Shown here one piece after another: positions 18,456 to 27,714 of a stretch of 64,000 nt of DNA. Below the pieces are notes generated by a model. It made no database searches. It was not told the DNA's origin and was given only the letters and a program-made list of their open reading frames with translations. The position numbers and the translations under genes were made by a program. The DNA is taken from positions 213,445-277,444 of IMG/VR virus record IMGVR_UViG_3300034072_002211. One strand, given 5' to 3'. Each line of letters opens with the position of its first letter. The stretch's first letter is position 1.

Positions 18456-18869
18456 TCAGGCCTCCGCGCTCTCAGATGCGCTCTCAGGGAGCATGGGCTT
18501 GTGGACGAGTGCGACATACACGAACTTGATATAGGGACTCTCGAGGGCCCGCAGGGCTTCAGCGAGTCCTTCGAAGCGGTCCAGCTGATCTGCTTCGTCG
18601 ACGATCACGATGCCGCCATTGTTGAGCTCGATCTGGACCGCTTCCTTGCCGCTGTCCAGGCAGGCCAGTCGAATATCCGTCACGGGGAAGGGATACTTGG
18701 CTTCCTTGCTGGTTTCTTCGAGGCGCGCGGTGGTATAGGTGACCACGCCGTTACCGACCGAACGATTGATGAACACCGAGGTCTCGTCGCCGTAGAGTAG
18801 CGCCAAGAGAGCCTGGTCGATAGCTTCGAAGCGCGAGTCCTGATATCCGGTTGCGTCAACGAGCAGCAT
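18456..18869 (-). CDS. hypothetical protein
   Basis: GGAGATC RBS before ATG 18869. Confidence 0.65.
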   Translation of the reverse strand: MLLVDATGYQDSRFEAIDQALLALLYGDETSVFINRSVGNGVVTYTTARLEETSKEAKYPFPVTDIRLACLDSGKEAVQIELNNGGIVIVDEADQLDRFEGLAEALRALESPYIKFVYVALVHKPMLPESASESAEA

Positions 18870-18932
18870 ATTTCCGATCTCCTGTTGTTGTGCCACCAGT
18901 CCTAGCAGAAACTGGTGGCATGTCAACACCAA

Positions 18933-19451
18933 TTAATATTCGCGGTCGCTGTCTGCGATCACATCCGAGGCCCAAATGCGAGCACGGTAGATGCCGGCCT
19001 TGCGGGTGGGGTTCGTGAACGTGATCCGGTCGGCCGCAGAGTAGCGACGGCCCGCGGGCAAGCTGATTACCACGCGATGGTTGAAACGGCTCACGTAGTC
19101 GCACGAGCTGAGCGGCTGGCCCAGCGTGTCGCAGCGGTAGAGCTCGCCGTTGAGCTGGAAGGTTTGGATAAATTCACGGCTCTTGTTCTCGAACGTCCAG
19201 TTCATGTCGAACATAGGGCTGAACTCTGCGGGGCGATCGCCGCTCATTTCGTTGAGGATCGGTTCATCGACCGAGAACTCGTATTGGCTCTCAGGAAGAG
19301 TCGATTGGCTGATTACCTTGTCCCAGAGGAACATGGCCAGGCTCACGCCGATAATGAGAACCATGAGGAGCCGGAAAGTCCGGAACATCGACAGGATTCC
19401 AACAATAGCGCCGACCGCGATGGGCGTCGCCCAATCCGACTTGTGTGCCAT
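18933..19451 (-). CDS. membrane-anchored hypothetical protein
   Basis: Two N-terminal hydrophobic segments; RBS. Confidence 0.7.
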   Translation of the reverse strand: MAHKSDWATPIAVGAIVGILSMFRTFRLLMVLIIGVSLAMFLWDKVISQSTLPESQYEFSVDEPILNEMSGDRPAEFSPMFDMNWTFENKSREFIQTFQLNGELYRCDTLGQPLSSCDYVSRFNHRVVISLPAGRRYSAADRITFTNPTRKAGIYRARIWASDVIADSDREY

Positions 19452-19527
19452 GACCGATCTCCTCTGTTGTCACCTCCAATAAACTGACCTTAACACCAGT
19501 TTGGGAGACGTCAACCAGGATTTCGAC

Positions 19528-19902
19528 TTAGAGGAGTTTGAAGGAAACTGTGATAAAGAGATCAGCAGATCCCTGGATCTGTAGATCTGAGCCGATGCTG
19601 TTCTTCGCAAGAGCATTCGCAAAGTGTAGGAGGTGCGACAGTGGCATACCCGAACCCGTGTCGATCTTGACCTCACAATCATCCCCGTCGATGTAGACAG
19701 GATAATTGTCCCAAAGCTCAACGCCAGTCTGGCGAGCAATGAGCTGAATGTTCTTTTCAATGCCACGCTCACGAGTCCAGCGGGCTTCCTCTTCGGCATC
19801 ACGAGCATCATCGGCATCCTGCTGTTCACGCTCAGCCACGATCTGTTCGATCATTTCCTCTGCGATTCCTGCGAGCTTTAGCATCCTGCGATAATCCGTC
19901 AT
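19528..19902 (-). CDS. hypothetical protein
   Basis: ORF with promoter. Confidence 0.65.
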   Translation of the reverse strand: MTDYRRMLKLAGIAEEMIEQIVAEREQQDADDARDAEEEARWTRERGIEKNIQLIARQTGVELWDNYPVYIDGDDCEVKIDTGSGMPLSHLLHFANALAKNSIGSDLQIQGSADLFITVSFKLL

Positions 19903-19980
19903 AGTGTTGTCCTTGTCACCAGTTTCTTCTACTTATCTGGCTACTAGAGTCAACACCAGTTTTGGATTTTAGTCAAAAAG

Positions 19981-20006
19981 AAAGCGGGCCGTTTCCAGCC
20001 CGCTTT
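19981..20006 (-). terminator. intrinsic terminator
   Basis: AAAGCGGGC/GCCCGCTTT hairpin with U-run on minus strand. Confidence 0.7.
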
Positions 20007-20033
20007 CCCTTACCCCTCTAGGGTATGTAGCGA

Positions 20034-20387
20034 TTACTCGCTCTTTTCGGCGACCGTGACCTCGGCACCTTCGACGGCCAGCTTGTCGTCGGCCGACGCT
20101 TCACCGGTGGTCAGGGCGAACCAGCCATACTTGTCGGCGCGCAGGCCGAACTGAGCGGTCGCGCCGAGGATGCCGGCCGCGCCCAGCTTCTCGAGCTGCT
20201 TGTCGGTGATCTCGACCTGGACGCCATTCTTGCCCTTGGTCTGGAGCTCGCTCAGGACGTGAGGGCCGGCCTTGCGGTCGGTCGGACGAACCATCAGGGT
20301 CCCGTCCTTGACGTCCATACGAAGCTTGGCGCCGTTGCGCCCGTGAATTGCCGAAGTTGCCTGGGTGTTGAAAGTCAGAATACGCAT
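20034..20387 (-). CDS. hypothetical protein, paralog of 23394..23687
   Basis: Shared RPT.RK and GLRADKYGWFALT; extreme codon bias. Confidence 0.8.
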   Translation of the reverse strand: MRILTFNTQATSAIHGRNGAKLRMDVKDGTLMVRPTDRKAGPHVLSELQTKGKNGVQVEITDKQLEKLGAAGILGATAQFGLRADKYGWFALTTGEASADDKLAVEGAEVTVAEKSE

Positions 20388-20643
20388 TTCGATCTCCGTG
20401 TTACACAACATAGCCGCCGCCGTGCTGTTGTGGACACATTTAGCGGTCCTGTCCTAAACGTCAACACCTCTGGAAAGGATTTATCGAAGTTTTTCAAACA
20501 GGTGTCACCAAAGTCAAGCAAAAATTGCTGTTTCCTGCGGCAAATGTGCTACTTCATAGGTAGCAAGAAAGGACCAAAAAGTTGGCTCTGGTGGACAGCC
20601 TATTGAACCAAAGGTAAGTGGATTATGTAGCCAGGACCTAAGT

Positions 20644-21084
20644 TTAGGCGGGCTGGAGGGCGCAGTGCTCTGGCCACGGTAGAACGCGGTAGCCTTCCTC
20701 GAAGTCACCGACGCGGAAGATGTTGCTGTTGGGAAACGGTCCGCGGGAATTGCCGTAGACATCCACGAACTCCGTGCGATAGAACGAATCCTCGCTGGGA
20801 ATCTGGCACTCGAAATCACTGTAGATGATCAGAGTGTCGTGATGCGAAATGAAGCGATTGTCCATCCACCGGAACACCTCCATGAGGTCGGTGCCGCCGA
20901 AGACATTCTGAAACAGAGCTTCATGGCCCGCCGCCTTGACATCACGCCAGCGCCGTGGCTTGCTGACTTCTGTGCCAAACATGATGATCATATCATCATC
21001 CTTGGCGTAGGTCCTGAGCGCGCAAAAGACCTTCTGCCTGACCACGTAGAAGCTGCCACTGTTGTCGATCGCATGGATTCTCAT
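20644..21084 (-). CDS. VWA-domain protein
   Basis: IDNSGS MIDAS, GGTD, IIYSD. Confidence 0.7.
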   Translation of the reverse strand: MRIHAIDNSGSFYVVRQKVFCALRTYAKDDDMIIMFGTEVSKPRRWRDVKAAGHEALFQNVFGGTDLMEVFRWMDNRFISHHDTLIIYSDFECQIPSEDSFYRTEFVDVYGNSRGPFPNSNIFRVGDFEEGYRVLPWPEHCALQPA

Positions 21085-21311
21085 CGACTATACTCCAGTG
21101 ACTTGTCGGCTATCCACAGGACCAATCGGTCCCATTCAAAGGACTTGTTCGGGCGATAGCGATCCACCCATGTCTTGTCGATGGTCACTTGGTCCACTGC
21201 CCTGCTGAGCAGCTGGTTGTCCGTGGGATCTATGACAGAACCCCAAGGAACCATAAAGCTGTAGACTTTCTCTTCGCCAAGAAAGACCTCTACTGGAAAG
21301 CGGACGCTCAC
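21081..21311 (-). CDS. hypothetical protein
   Basis: GGAGATC RBS. Confidence 0.65.
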   Translation of the reverse strand: MSVRFPVEVFLGEEKVYSFMVPWGSVIDPTDNQLLSRAVDQVTIDKTWVDRYRPNKSFEWDRLVLWIADKSLEYSR

Positions 21312-21360
21312 ATCGATCTCCTTCTAATACTACCCAGAGTTAGCACTAGAAGGAAATCTG

Positions 21361-21846
21361 TCAACTAGGATGTGCTTCAGCTTCTCCATTACCCTGCGCC
21401 TTGGGTTCGAGGTCAGGGCGAGTCACACCCTCGTCGAAACGCTTCTTGACCAGATAGGCATGGACCCCGGCGGCCATGATGTGCTGTTCACCCGGAGCGA
21501 GATTCACGGCGCCTTCCCTGAGCTGTTCCTGGCAGCGTGGATCATAGTAAGGAAGCGGAATGTCGTCGGAGGTCCCACGACCCTCTTCCTGCATATCGAA
21601 CCCGTCATCGAGTATCACGTAGGTAGCATTGACTTCATCATCGCCCGGATGGGCGAGAGCCATCCCTACCTTACACCCCATATTGGCGGGATTCCAGTCG
21701 CCGTTGAGGGCTTCGTCAATCGCAGCGCGCAGAGCCAGAAGACCCTTGCGCCCGCCGATGATATAGGCATTGTGGTGGTAACGCTGCTGGGGAAAGACCG
21801 CCAGGAGACGATCTTCAGCACCCTCGTAGAATTCTTCCTTGTCCAT
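21361..21846 (-). CDS. hypothetical protein
   Basis: ORF from ATG 21846. Confidence 0.6.
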   Translation of the reverse strand: MDKEEFYEGAEDRLLAVFPQQRYHHNAYIIGGRKGLLALRAAIDEALNGDWNPANMGCKVGMALAHPGDDEVNATYVILDDGFDMQEEGRGTSDDIPLPYYDPRCQEQLREGAVNLAPGEQHIMAAGVHAYLVKKRFDEGVTRPDLEPKAQGNGEAEAHPS

Positions 21847-21859
21847 AATGCCTCGAATA

Positions 21860-21888
21860 TTGATCTGGTATCCAAGTCCGTATATAAC
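21860..21888 (+). promoter_or_regulatory. sigma70-type promoter
   Basis: TTGATC-N17-TATAAC. Confidence 0.65.
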
Positions 21889-21894
21889 GAGAAC

Positions 21895-22195
21895 AGTTGG
21901 GCAGCAATGCCTAACTTGACTAGCTTCCCTGCTCAGTGGGTCCCTCACTTCCTGGGGTTACGCGGAAGAGCTGGGTGCCGGGAATGACGGAGGCGCAGTA
22001 GGGTTGGCCGACTACACTGGAGCCAAGGGACTGCGGGGAACCTGACAGAACCGTGGGAATACGAGAGCCCGCCCGATAGGGGCTTCTGTGGTTGCTGGAC
22101 CACGTAAAACTTGGAACCAGCGCGGGGTAATCCGCCGAGGGCAACGCACCCTCAAGAGCCGGGCAATGGTCTAGTCAACCGTGCGCCCGGCTCAA
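21895..22195 (+). ncRNA. unassigned ~300-nt structured RNA with group II D5-like hairpin
   Basis: GCAA and GTAA tetraloop hairpins, H-type pseudoknot, GAGCCGGGC/GCCCGGCTC stem; no credible ORF. Confidence 0.65.
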
Positions 22196-22215
22196 TACCC
22201 TCGCTAAATAGGAAT

Positions 22216-22307
22216 GGAGGAGACGCCTAATGGGTATGGGCATTCTCGCATATGGGCAGGCGTAACCAGCGAGAAATGGGAAGCGGGTTCAAATCCCCGC
22301 CCCTCCA
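22216..22307 (+). ncRNA. tRNA-like element with enlarged anticodon domain
   Basis: GGAGG/CCTCC acceptor, D-like arm, 7-bp stem with 19-nt loop, GGTTCAAATCC T-loop. Confidence 0.55.
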
Positions 22308-22646
22308 CTATACCGAGAAGTCCTCGGTCGGCACATAGCCACTGCCAGGCGATTCCTGTGCCACAGTAATCATCACCAGCGGATCACGATCCACGGGCTG
22401 ACCCATGCGCTCAGGCAGCGCAAGGGACCACGTGATGTCCTTGATCCGATACTGCGAACCGTTGAGGAACACATAGGATCCCTCGGCAGGCAGGGTGACC
22501 AGCATTGTGTCGCCCATGATGTGCCAGCGATCCACGTCCTTGGGATCGAGACGCTCGCCCTTCTCCATGGCCTTCTCGACTTCCTGCTGGACTTCGAGAT
22601 AGTTCTTTTCGCGCCGGAAGATGACTCCCGTGAAAGCCTCGATCAC
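22308..22646 (-). CDS. hypothetical protein
   Basis: ORF in operon. Confidence 0.65.
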   Translation of the reverse strand: MIEAFTGVIFRREKNYLEVQQEVEKAMEKGERLDPKDVDRWHIMGDTMLVTLPAEGSYVFLNGSQYRIKDITWSLALPERMGQPVDRDPLVMITVAQESPGSGYVPTEDFSV

Positions 22647-22843
22647 GACGCGAAGTCCGGATCCAGAACGCTCGGAGCCTCGCGACTGGCATCGAACCCC
22701 ATGCGGTAGTCCGCTGTGCCAGTTTCATATTTGGTATAGAGTTCCATGTGACCCTGACCGTAAAAGCGCGTTCCATCGCGCAGTCCGGTCTGGTATTCAG
22801 CCTGATTGGTAGGCTGGGCGATCTGGGCGAGAAGCTGTGTCAT
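22643..22843 (-). CDS. hypothetical protein
   Basis: ORF with RBS. Confidence 0.6.
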   Translation of the reverse strand: MTQLLAQIAQPTNQAEYQTGLRDGTRFYGQGHMELYTKYETGTADYRMGFDASREAPSVLDPDFAS

Positions 22844-22874
22844 ACGCTTATGATGTTTCCTTTATTGGAGTTCG

Positions 22875-23204
22875 TCAAGCGACCAAGCGAATGTCCGCTC
22901 GGTTCTCGGTAATGCGCTCGCCGCGGACATTGCCGCGCCAGAGGGAAGCGCAACCCCAGATCTCGAAAGTGTCCCAGTGGCCTTCCTTGGGATCGCTGTT
23001 GCGGCGGTTCAGGCCAGAATTCTGCATCTGCTGGATCTTGGCAAAAGCAATCCGGAAAAGATCGTCGTCCTTGACGAAGCGCGGATCAGCAGCAGGAAAG
23101 GAGAAGTGGCCTACCTGCTCACCCTTGAGGAAGAGTCGGACCACGTGCGGTGGGAGACTGGGCCCACGACCGATGTTGCGAAAAACGGGATAATCATGTG
23201 CCAT
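22875..23204 (-). CDS. hypothetical protein
   Basis: GGAGG RBS. Confidence 0.65.
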   Translation of the reverse strand: MAHDYPVFRNIGRGPSLPPHVVRLFLKGEQVGHFSFPAADPRFVKDDDLFRIAFAKIQQMQNSGLNRRNSDPKEGHWDTFEIWGCASLWRGNVRGERITENRADIRLVA

Positions 23205-23340
23205 ATTGTCCTCCTACCGGGCACCAGCGCATTGTGCTTCTGGTTTCTGCCCCGCTGTCTACTTCACCTGGTTCTATATTCAGGCTGTTAACAGTCAATC
23301 GCTGAGTAGGGTTAATGTAATTCTTTTCTTCCAGAGACTG

Positions 23341-23366
23341 GAACGGCGCCCCGCAGGGCGCCGTTC
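23341..23366 (-). terminator. terminator-like hairpin
   Basis: GAACGGCGCCC/GGGCGCCGTTC. Confidence 0.6.
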
Positions 23367-23393
23367 TCTATCGGCCTAGCCGACGATCGAGCG

Positions 23394-23687
23394 TTACGCG
23401 CTGATCTTGACCGAGGCGCCGCGGCCCTTGTGGTCGGGGGTCAGGGCGAACCAGCCATACTTGTCGGCGCGCAGGCCGTAGTTGCCGGCCGGATGCTCCA
23501 TGCCCTCGATCGAGACCTTGCCGCCGACGACGTCGACGAGCTGCTCGTCCTTCTTGAGGTTGACGCGCGCCTTGCGCTCGGTCGGGCGGATGAACATGAT
23601 GCCGTCGCGAACCTGGGCACGAATCTTGGAAGCACCCGAGAAACGGTCGAGACCACGGGCTGCGGTATTCAGCGTGAGAGTTGCCAT
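23394..23687 (-). CDS. hypothetical protein, paralog of 20034..20387
   Basis: GLRADKYGWFALT shared. Confidence 0.8.
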   Translation of the reverse strand: MATLTLNTAARGLDRFSGASKIRAQVRDGIMFIRPTERKARVNLKKDEQLVDVVGGKVSIEGMEHPAGNYGLRADKYGWFALTPDHKGRGASVKISA

Positions 23688-23976
23688 TGTCGATCTACCT
23701 TCTATTGCTGTTCACTTCGAAGGACGTTAGTTGCCTACCGCCCTGGGTTGTGAACAGCGGGATTGCCGTCCACAGCTCAGAACATAAGTATGCGAAACCA
23801 AACGTCAACCGTAAAAACACGCTTTTCTGCGGTTTTCTCCTTGGAATTGGGTGTGTCAAGCACTTTTTCCGCAGATTTGCGTGGTTTATGACACCAAAAA
23901 AATTCACATTTTTCTTGTCCTATACAACAGATGTAGTACGCTGTCCTTTGTATTTGAGCTGGTTGAAAGCAGGTTA

Positions 23977-24495
23977 ATGACCAAAGATCGATCCGAATCG
24001 GACAGCACTTCTCCAGTGAAACCAACCCTTCCGGGTCTCATGGGGAATTACTCAGACGAGGAACTCAACGCTCATGTGGTAAAGCACGCCAAGTATTTTA
24101 CGGTGGTGCAGGTTACCCGAGGTGGGTTCGTGGGTGGCGGTAAGAACTATGATCGCCATCAAGTCGACACGCTCGAGGATGCCCGAGCAAAGGCCAAAGA
24201 GCTCTATGATACAGATCCCTCAAAGCGCGGCATTCTGATCTATGCGGTCGCCGACTTCGCAGGAGCGAATGGTTTCAGCCGACCGGTGGAGAACTATCCA
24301 CCGACCACGTATATGACAAAGGGCGACAAGGCCAAGCTTGAGAAGAAGCAGAAAGCCGAAGCTCGTCAGCGACTGCGCGATGCGCGAATGAACCTCGGGG
24401 AAGGACGCATCAACAAGCGCCCAGCGAAGCCCGCTGAGATGTCAGACGATGAGTTTATGAACAACCCCGAGCCCATGGTGCGGGTGGAGCCTTAG
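23977..24495 (+). CDS. hypothetical protein
   Basis: ORF from ATG 23977, convergent with next gene. Confidence 0.65.
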   Translation: MTKDRSESDSTSPVKPTLPGLMGNYSDEELNAHVVKHAKYFTVVQVTRGGFVGGGKNYDRHQVDTLEDARAKAKELYDTDPSKRGILIYAVADFAGANGFSRPVENYPPTTYMTKGDKAKLEKKQKAEARQRLRDARMNLGEGRINKRPAKPAEMSDDEFMNNPEPMVRVEP

Positions 24496-24866
24496 GGCTT
24501 AGAGAGCTTCTTAGCCGTGTCGTAATCGCGCTTCAGCTTGAGCATTGCCTGCGTATCCTCCGCCGTGAGCTTACCCTCGCGGTCGAGTTCCATACACTGG
24601 TGCTCAGCATCCTGCCAACGAGTGTGGAGAGCATGGAGGAGAGTTTCTTCCTCCGTGGGCTGAGCTTCAAGCTTGAGCCCAGAGCTACAAATAACTTCAT
24701 ACCAAGGAACGCCTTTGAGCTCCTCGCCCAAGAGTCCCTGGTCGATGATGTGCTGGAAACCCTTGTCCAAGCGCATATCTGCAGCCGCTCCAAGCTGCTT
24801 GAGCGTGAACGCCTTGTCACCAATGTAGATGAACAGATGATCCAACAGTGGGTCGCGCTTTGCCAT
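24492..24866 (-). CDS. hypothetical protein
   Basis: ORF with RBS. Confidence 0.65.
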   Translation of the reverse strand: MAKRDPLLDHLFIYIGDKAFTLKQLGAAADMRLDKGFQHIIDQGLLGEELKGVPWYEVICSSGLKLEAQPTEEETLLHALHTRWQDAEHQCMELDREGKLTAEDTQAMLKLKRDYDTAKKLSKP

Positions 24867-24914
24867 GATTCACCTAAATTGACTGATAAGCCATATTGAG
24901 CATACCGTTCTGGT

Positions 24915-25247
24915 ATGTCAAATGAGAACAGCCTCACCAGTATTTACGTCATTGGACCTGAGGGTGGTCCCTACAAGATTGGTTATGCCCAGGACCCCAA
25001 GGCTCGTCTGAGCAATCTACAGGTGGGGCAGGCTGTTGAGCTCAAGCTTCACTATGAGGAAGCCACGGAGACAGCGACCGCCAAGGTTATTGAAAAGCTG
25101 ATCCACAAGCAGATAGCCCATAAGCGAGTGCGTGGCGAATGGTTTGATGTTTCGCTTGAGGAAGCCATAGGTGAGGTCAGGTTCGCATTCATCCGTTGGG
25201 AGGACGAACCGAACCTGACCTTTAGGTATAAGAGGAAGTTGCTTTAG
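24915..25247 (+). CDS. GIY-YIG superfamily T5orf172/MUG113-like protein
   Basis: IYVIG...YKIGY...RL..LQ, E..IH, GEWF. Confidence 0.8.
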   Translation: MSNENSLTSIYVIGPEGGPYKIGYAQDPKARLSNLQVGQAVELKLHYEEATETATAKVIEKLIHKQIAHKRVRGEWFDVSLEEAIGEVRFAFIRWEDEPNLTFRYKRKLL

Positions 25248-25696
25248 GCGCTGAGCAGCGCCTTCACAACACCGCTGGCCTTGCCCTTGTCGAGCGAGGT
25301 GCCGAACGTCGCAGCCAGGTGCGCCATGACGCCGCCCATCTGCTTCATGTTGCGCTCCGGCAGAGTTGCGATGAAGCTCTCGGCCTCGCCGCGAATCTCA
25401 TCCTCGCTGGCCATCTGCGGCAGCAGACCCTCGAGGATCTCGAGCTCGCGCAGGCTGTCGGCGTGGTCGGGCTTGTGGCTCAGGGTGTCCTGGACCTGCT
25501 TGATGCCCTTCTGGATGGCGCGCAGAGCGTCCTCGTCGTCGGCCTTGACCGTCGACAGATCCTGCTTGGCCTTGACCGCGCGCTCCTTGGCGTTTGCGGT
25601 CGCTGCGCTCTGAACACTCAGGAGGGCACCGGCCAGCGGGTCACGCGACTTCCGCAGTTCGAGGGTTTTCGCGTTCAACTCGGCGAGCACACTCAC
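25244..25696 (-). CDS. yqeY: GatB/YqeY domain protein
   Basis: E..IL..LLPQM.SE.EI, KQMGGVM, DKGKAS.VVK.LL. Confidence 0.8.
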   Translation of the reverse strand: MSVLAELNAKTLELRKSRDPLAGALLSVQSAATANAKERAVKAKQDLSTVKADDEDALRAIQKGIKQVQDTLSHKPDHADSLRELEILEGLLPQMASEDEIRGEAESFIATLPERNMKQMGGVMAHLAATFGTSLDKGKASGVVKALLSA

Positions 25697-26172
25697 AAGG
25701 ATTCTCCCTTCACATATCCGACGCTAACCTTGACGTCCAGTCCCTCATAGCAGGTTCTGAGTCGTTCGCAAGCGGAGTCTACCCTATCTCGACGCCTGAA
25801 TTGCTTGGCCAGTTTGAGCTCATCCACAAGCTTGGGCGACTTGCGTCCGGTGAGCTCGTTCTTGATCGTCTTCTCAGGGCGCGGCCTTGGCTTCATATAG
25901 GTGGGAACCGTGCCTTTGCGATGATCTCGCGCTGAACGATTACCACGGCGCCAAGAATTTGAAAAGTATCCATCCCGGTAGAGCCGGGCATTGTAGCCCG
26001 GCTTCTTGGAACCGTCCTTGTTGAAGAAACCCAGGAAGGGCTCTTCATTGGAGACCTCGACCTCTATGGTTTCGGCGACTTCGCCCGCATAAAAGCGATG
26101 CCCTACCTGGATGTAGAAGTAGGAACCCCTTGGTAGCTTTTCATCGCTGCGAAGGACTGGTAATTGTGACAT
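25693..26172 (-). CDS. hypothetical basic protein
   Basis: ORF in operon. Confidence 0.65.
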   Translation of the reverse strand: MSQLPVLRSDEKLPRGSYFYIQVGHRFYAGEVAETIEVEVSNEEPFLGFFNKDGSKKPGYNARLYRDGYFSNSWRRGNRSARDHRKGTVPTYMKPRPRPEKTIKNELTGRKSPKLVDELKLAKQFRRRDRVDSACERLRTCYEGLDVKVSVGYVKGESL

Positions 26173-26203
26173 GGCGCCAGCTTAGAACACTGGCGCCAAT
26201 ATG

Positions 26204-26458
26204 TCAAATCAGGGCCCAGGGCGTTCCGTTCTCATCACGGATGCGGGGAAGAGATCGGTCCCAGATCTTTTCCGCATAGACCGTTGCGTAGGGGTCGCCG
26301 AGGTCGATCAGTAATTCGAGGTGCTGGGTTTCAGGATCTTTGCTGGCCTGCCACTGATAACCAGCGACGATGACCCAAGCAATGAACGTGAGCCAGATAC
26401 CAAACGCTATCAACATAGACTTCCCCTTTTTACCTTCGATAAAATCTAGATATAGCAC
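26204..26458 (-). CDS. small membrane protein
   Basis: Single TM segment. Confidence 0.55.
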   Translation of the reverse strand: MLYLDFIEGKKGKSMLIAFGIWLTFIAWVIVAGYQWQASKDPETQHLELLIDLGDPYATVYAEKIWDRSLPRIRDENGTPWALI

Positions 26459-26471
26459 AACGCCTTGCTAA

Positions 26472-26780
26472 TCAAGACTCCAGATTATCGACATAAGTGA
26501 GCTTTGTCAACAACATATCCCGGCCACAATCCAACCAGCATTGAAGCATAGCCATGAAATCCTTAGAGAGAAGGATCTTCACGACCTCATCTCCTACGAC
26601 GTCCTCGTTGTCGTTGGCCGCTTTGCGCGCGAAGAGTATGTCCTCGAACAGCTCGTTATAGCTCTTGCCCGCTAATCTCAGGGCCGCAAGCTCACGAGCC
26701 TCATCGCTGAGTGCTTGAAAATCCTTGAAGCTGTCGCGGGCTCTCTGGGGTTCTCCCGCGGACCAACCAAAGGGAAACAT
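26472..26780 (-). CDS. hypothetical protein
   Basis: ORF; ends QCWLDCG, similar to RCYVDHG of neighbour. Confidence 0.6.
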   Translation of the reverse strand: MFPFGWSAGEPQRARDSFKDFQALSDEARELAALRLAGKSYNELFEDILFARKAANDNEDVVGDEVVKILLSKDFMAMLQCWLDCGRDMLLTKLTYVDNLES

Positions 26781-27172
26781 CAGTAATCCTCATGCCATGC
26801 AAGCTTTGCGGCCAGCATATTACACCCGTGATCCACATAGCAGCGAACCATCTGACAACGCACAGGACTATCAATGAAGCGCGATAGTCTCAATGAGAGC
26901 TCACCAATGCTAAGAGTCTGGTCCACATCGTAGCGATTGACCATGAATTGGGTGGCGGTAGTCTCGTCGGGCCAACGGCCGCCCTCCACCCAAGCATCCT
27001 GTTGCTTGGTCACATAGACCAGAGCCCTCCGAACTAGGTCCGGAAGGTCCTGGAATACTTTGAAGGACTCACCACGCGGTTCACCCACTTGTGAGATGAA
27101 GCCGCTGACGCAAGGCATTACTTGCCATACCAGTGAGGGGTGCGGAGCCGCGGGTCGAACTGGCCAACCCAA
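26780..27172 (-). CDS. hypothetical protein
   Basis: ORF; start uncertain. Confidence 0.55.
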   Translation of the reverse strand: MGWPVRPAAPHPSLVWQVMPCVSGFISQVGEPRGESFKVFQDLPDLVRRALVYVTKQQDAWVEGGRWPDETTATQFMVNRYDVDQTLSIGELSLRLSRFIDSPVRCQMVRCYVDHGCNMLAAKLAWHEDY

Positions 27173-27669
27173 TGGTCCCTGAACTTTGCCACCGTCAAGT
27201 GGAGACCAAAGTTGTAGGGCAGGTTGAACTCTTCGGCGCGGAGATCAAGAAGCCAGGGGCACTTGACGTCCACAAAGAAGAACTCACCCTTGGCGCACTG
27301 AACATGCGGGCTGTAGAGGAAATCAACCTCACGGCCCTGATACTTGCCCCACAGGGCCTGCCGGTGGTGCTTGGGCACATTGCGGAGATCACCCTCGCCG
27401 CGCAAGATGCTGATGTGCGCGTCGTAGCTGGGCTGAAGAACACCGTGGCCCTCAACGCCAGTCATGTTGATGAGCTCACGGTCGATGAACCAGCGGAACA
27501 GCCGCGTGATCTCGCGGTCCACTTCCAGAACCAACCAACCTGTGGTGTTGCTCTTGTTGGCCCGCTTGGGATCATAGACCAAGCGACCCCGTGACTTGAG
27601 CCAGCCGGGCTCGCTCATCATGAGCTTGGGGCGCTGAATCTCGCGCCGAGCGGGAGAAAGAATCGTCAT
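27118..27669 (-). CDS. 2H phosphoesterase superfamily protein
   Basis: Two HxS/T motifs: AHISI and LHLTV. Confidence 0.7.
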   Translation of the reverse strand: MTILSPARREIQRPKLMMSEPGWLKSRGRLVYDPKRANKSNTTGWLVLEVDREITRLFRWFIDRELINMTGVEGHGVLQPSYDAHISILRGEGDLRNVPKHHRQALWGKYQGREVDFLYSPHVQCAKGEFFFVDVKCPWLLDLRAEEFNLPYNFGLHLTVAKFRDHWVGQFDPRLRTPHWYGK

Positions 27670-27714
27670 GTCACCTGTTTAGCACAGGACTGGTGTGAGT
27701 CAACCAAAGAAAAA

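Noticed and set aside
20644-21084. Ro60 fragment
   Set aside because: Only a short VWA domain with no TROVE domain, so it cannot be linked to the Y RNAs
21895-22195. RNase P RNA or HEARO/omega RNA
   Set aside because: ACAGAACC is present but there is no CR-I/P4 partner, and no IscB/TnpB gene or omega motifs
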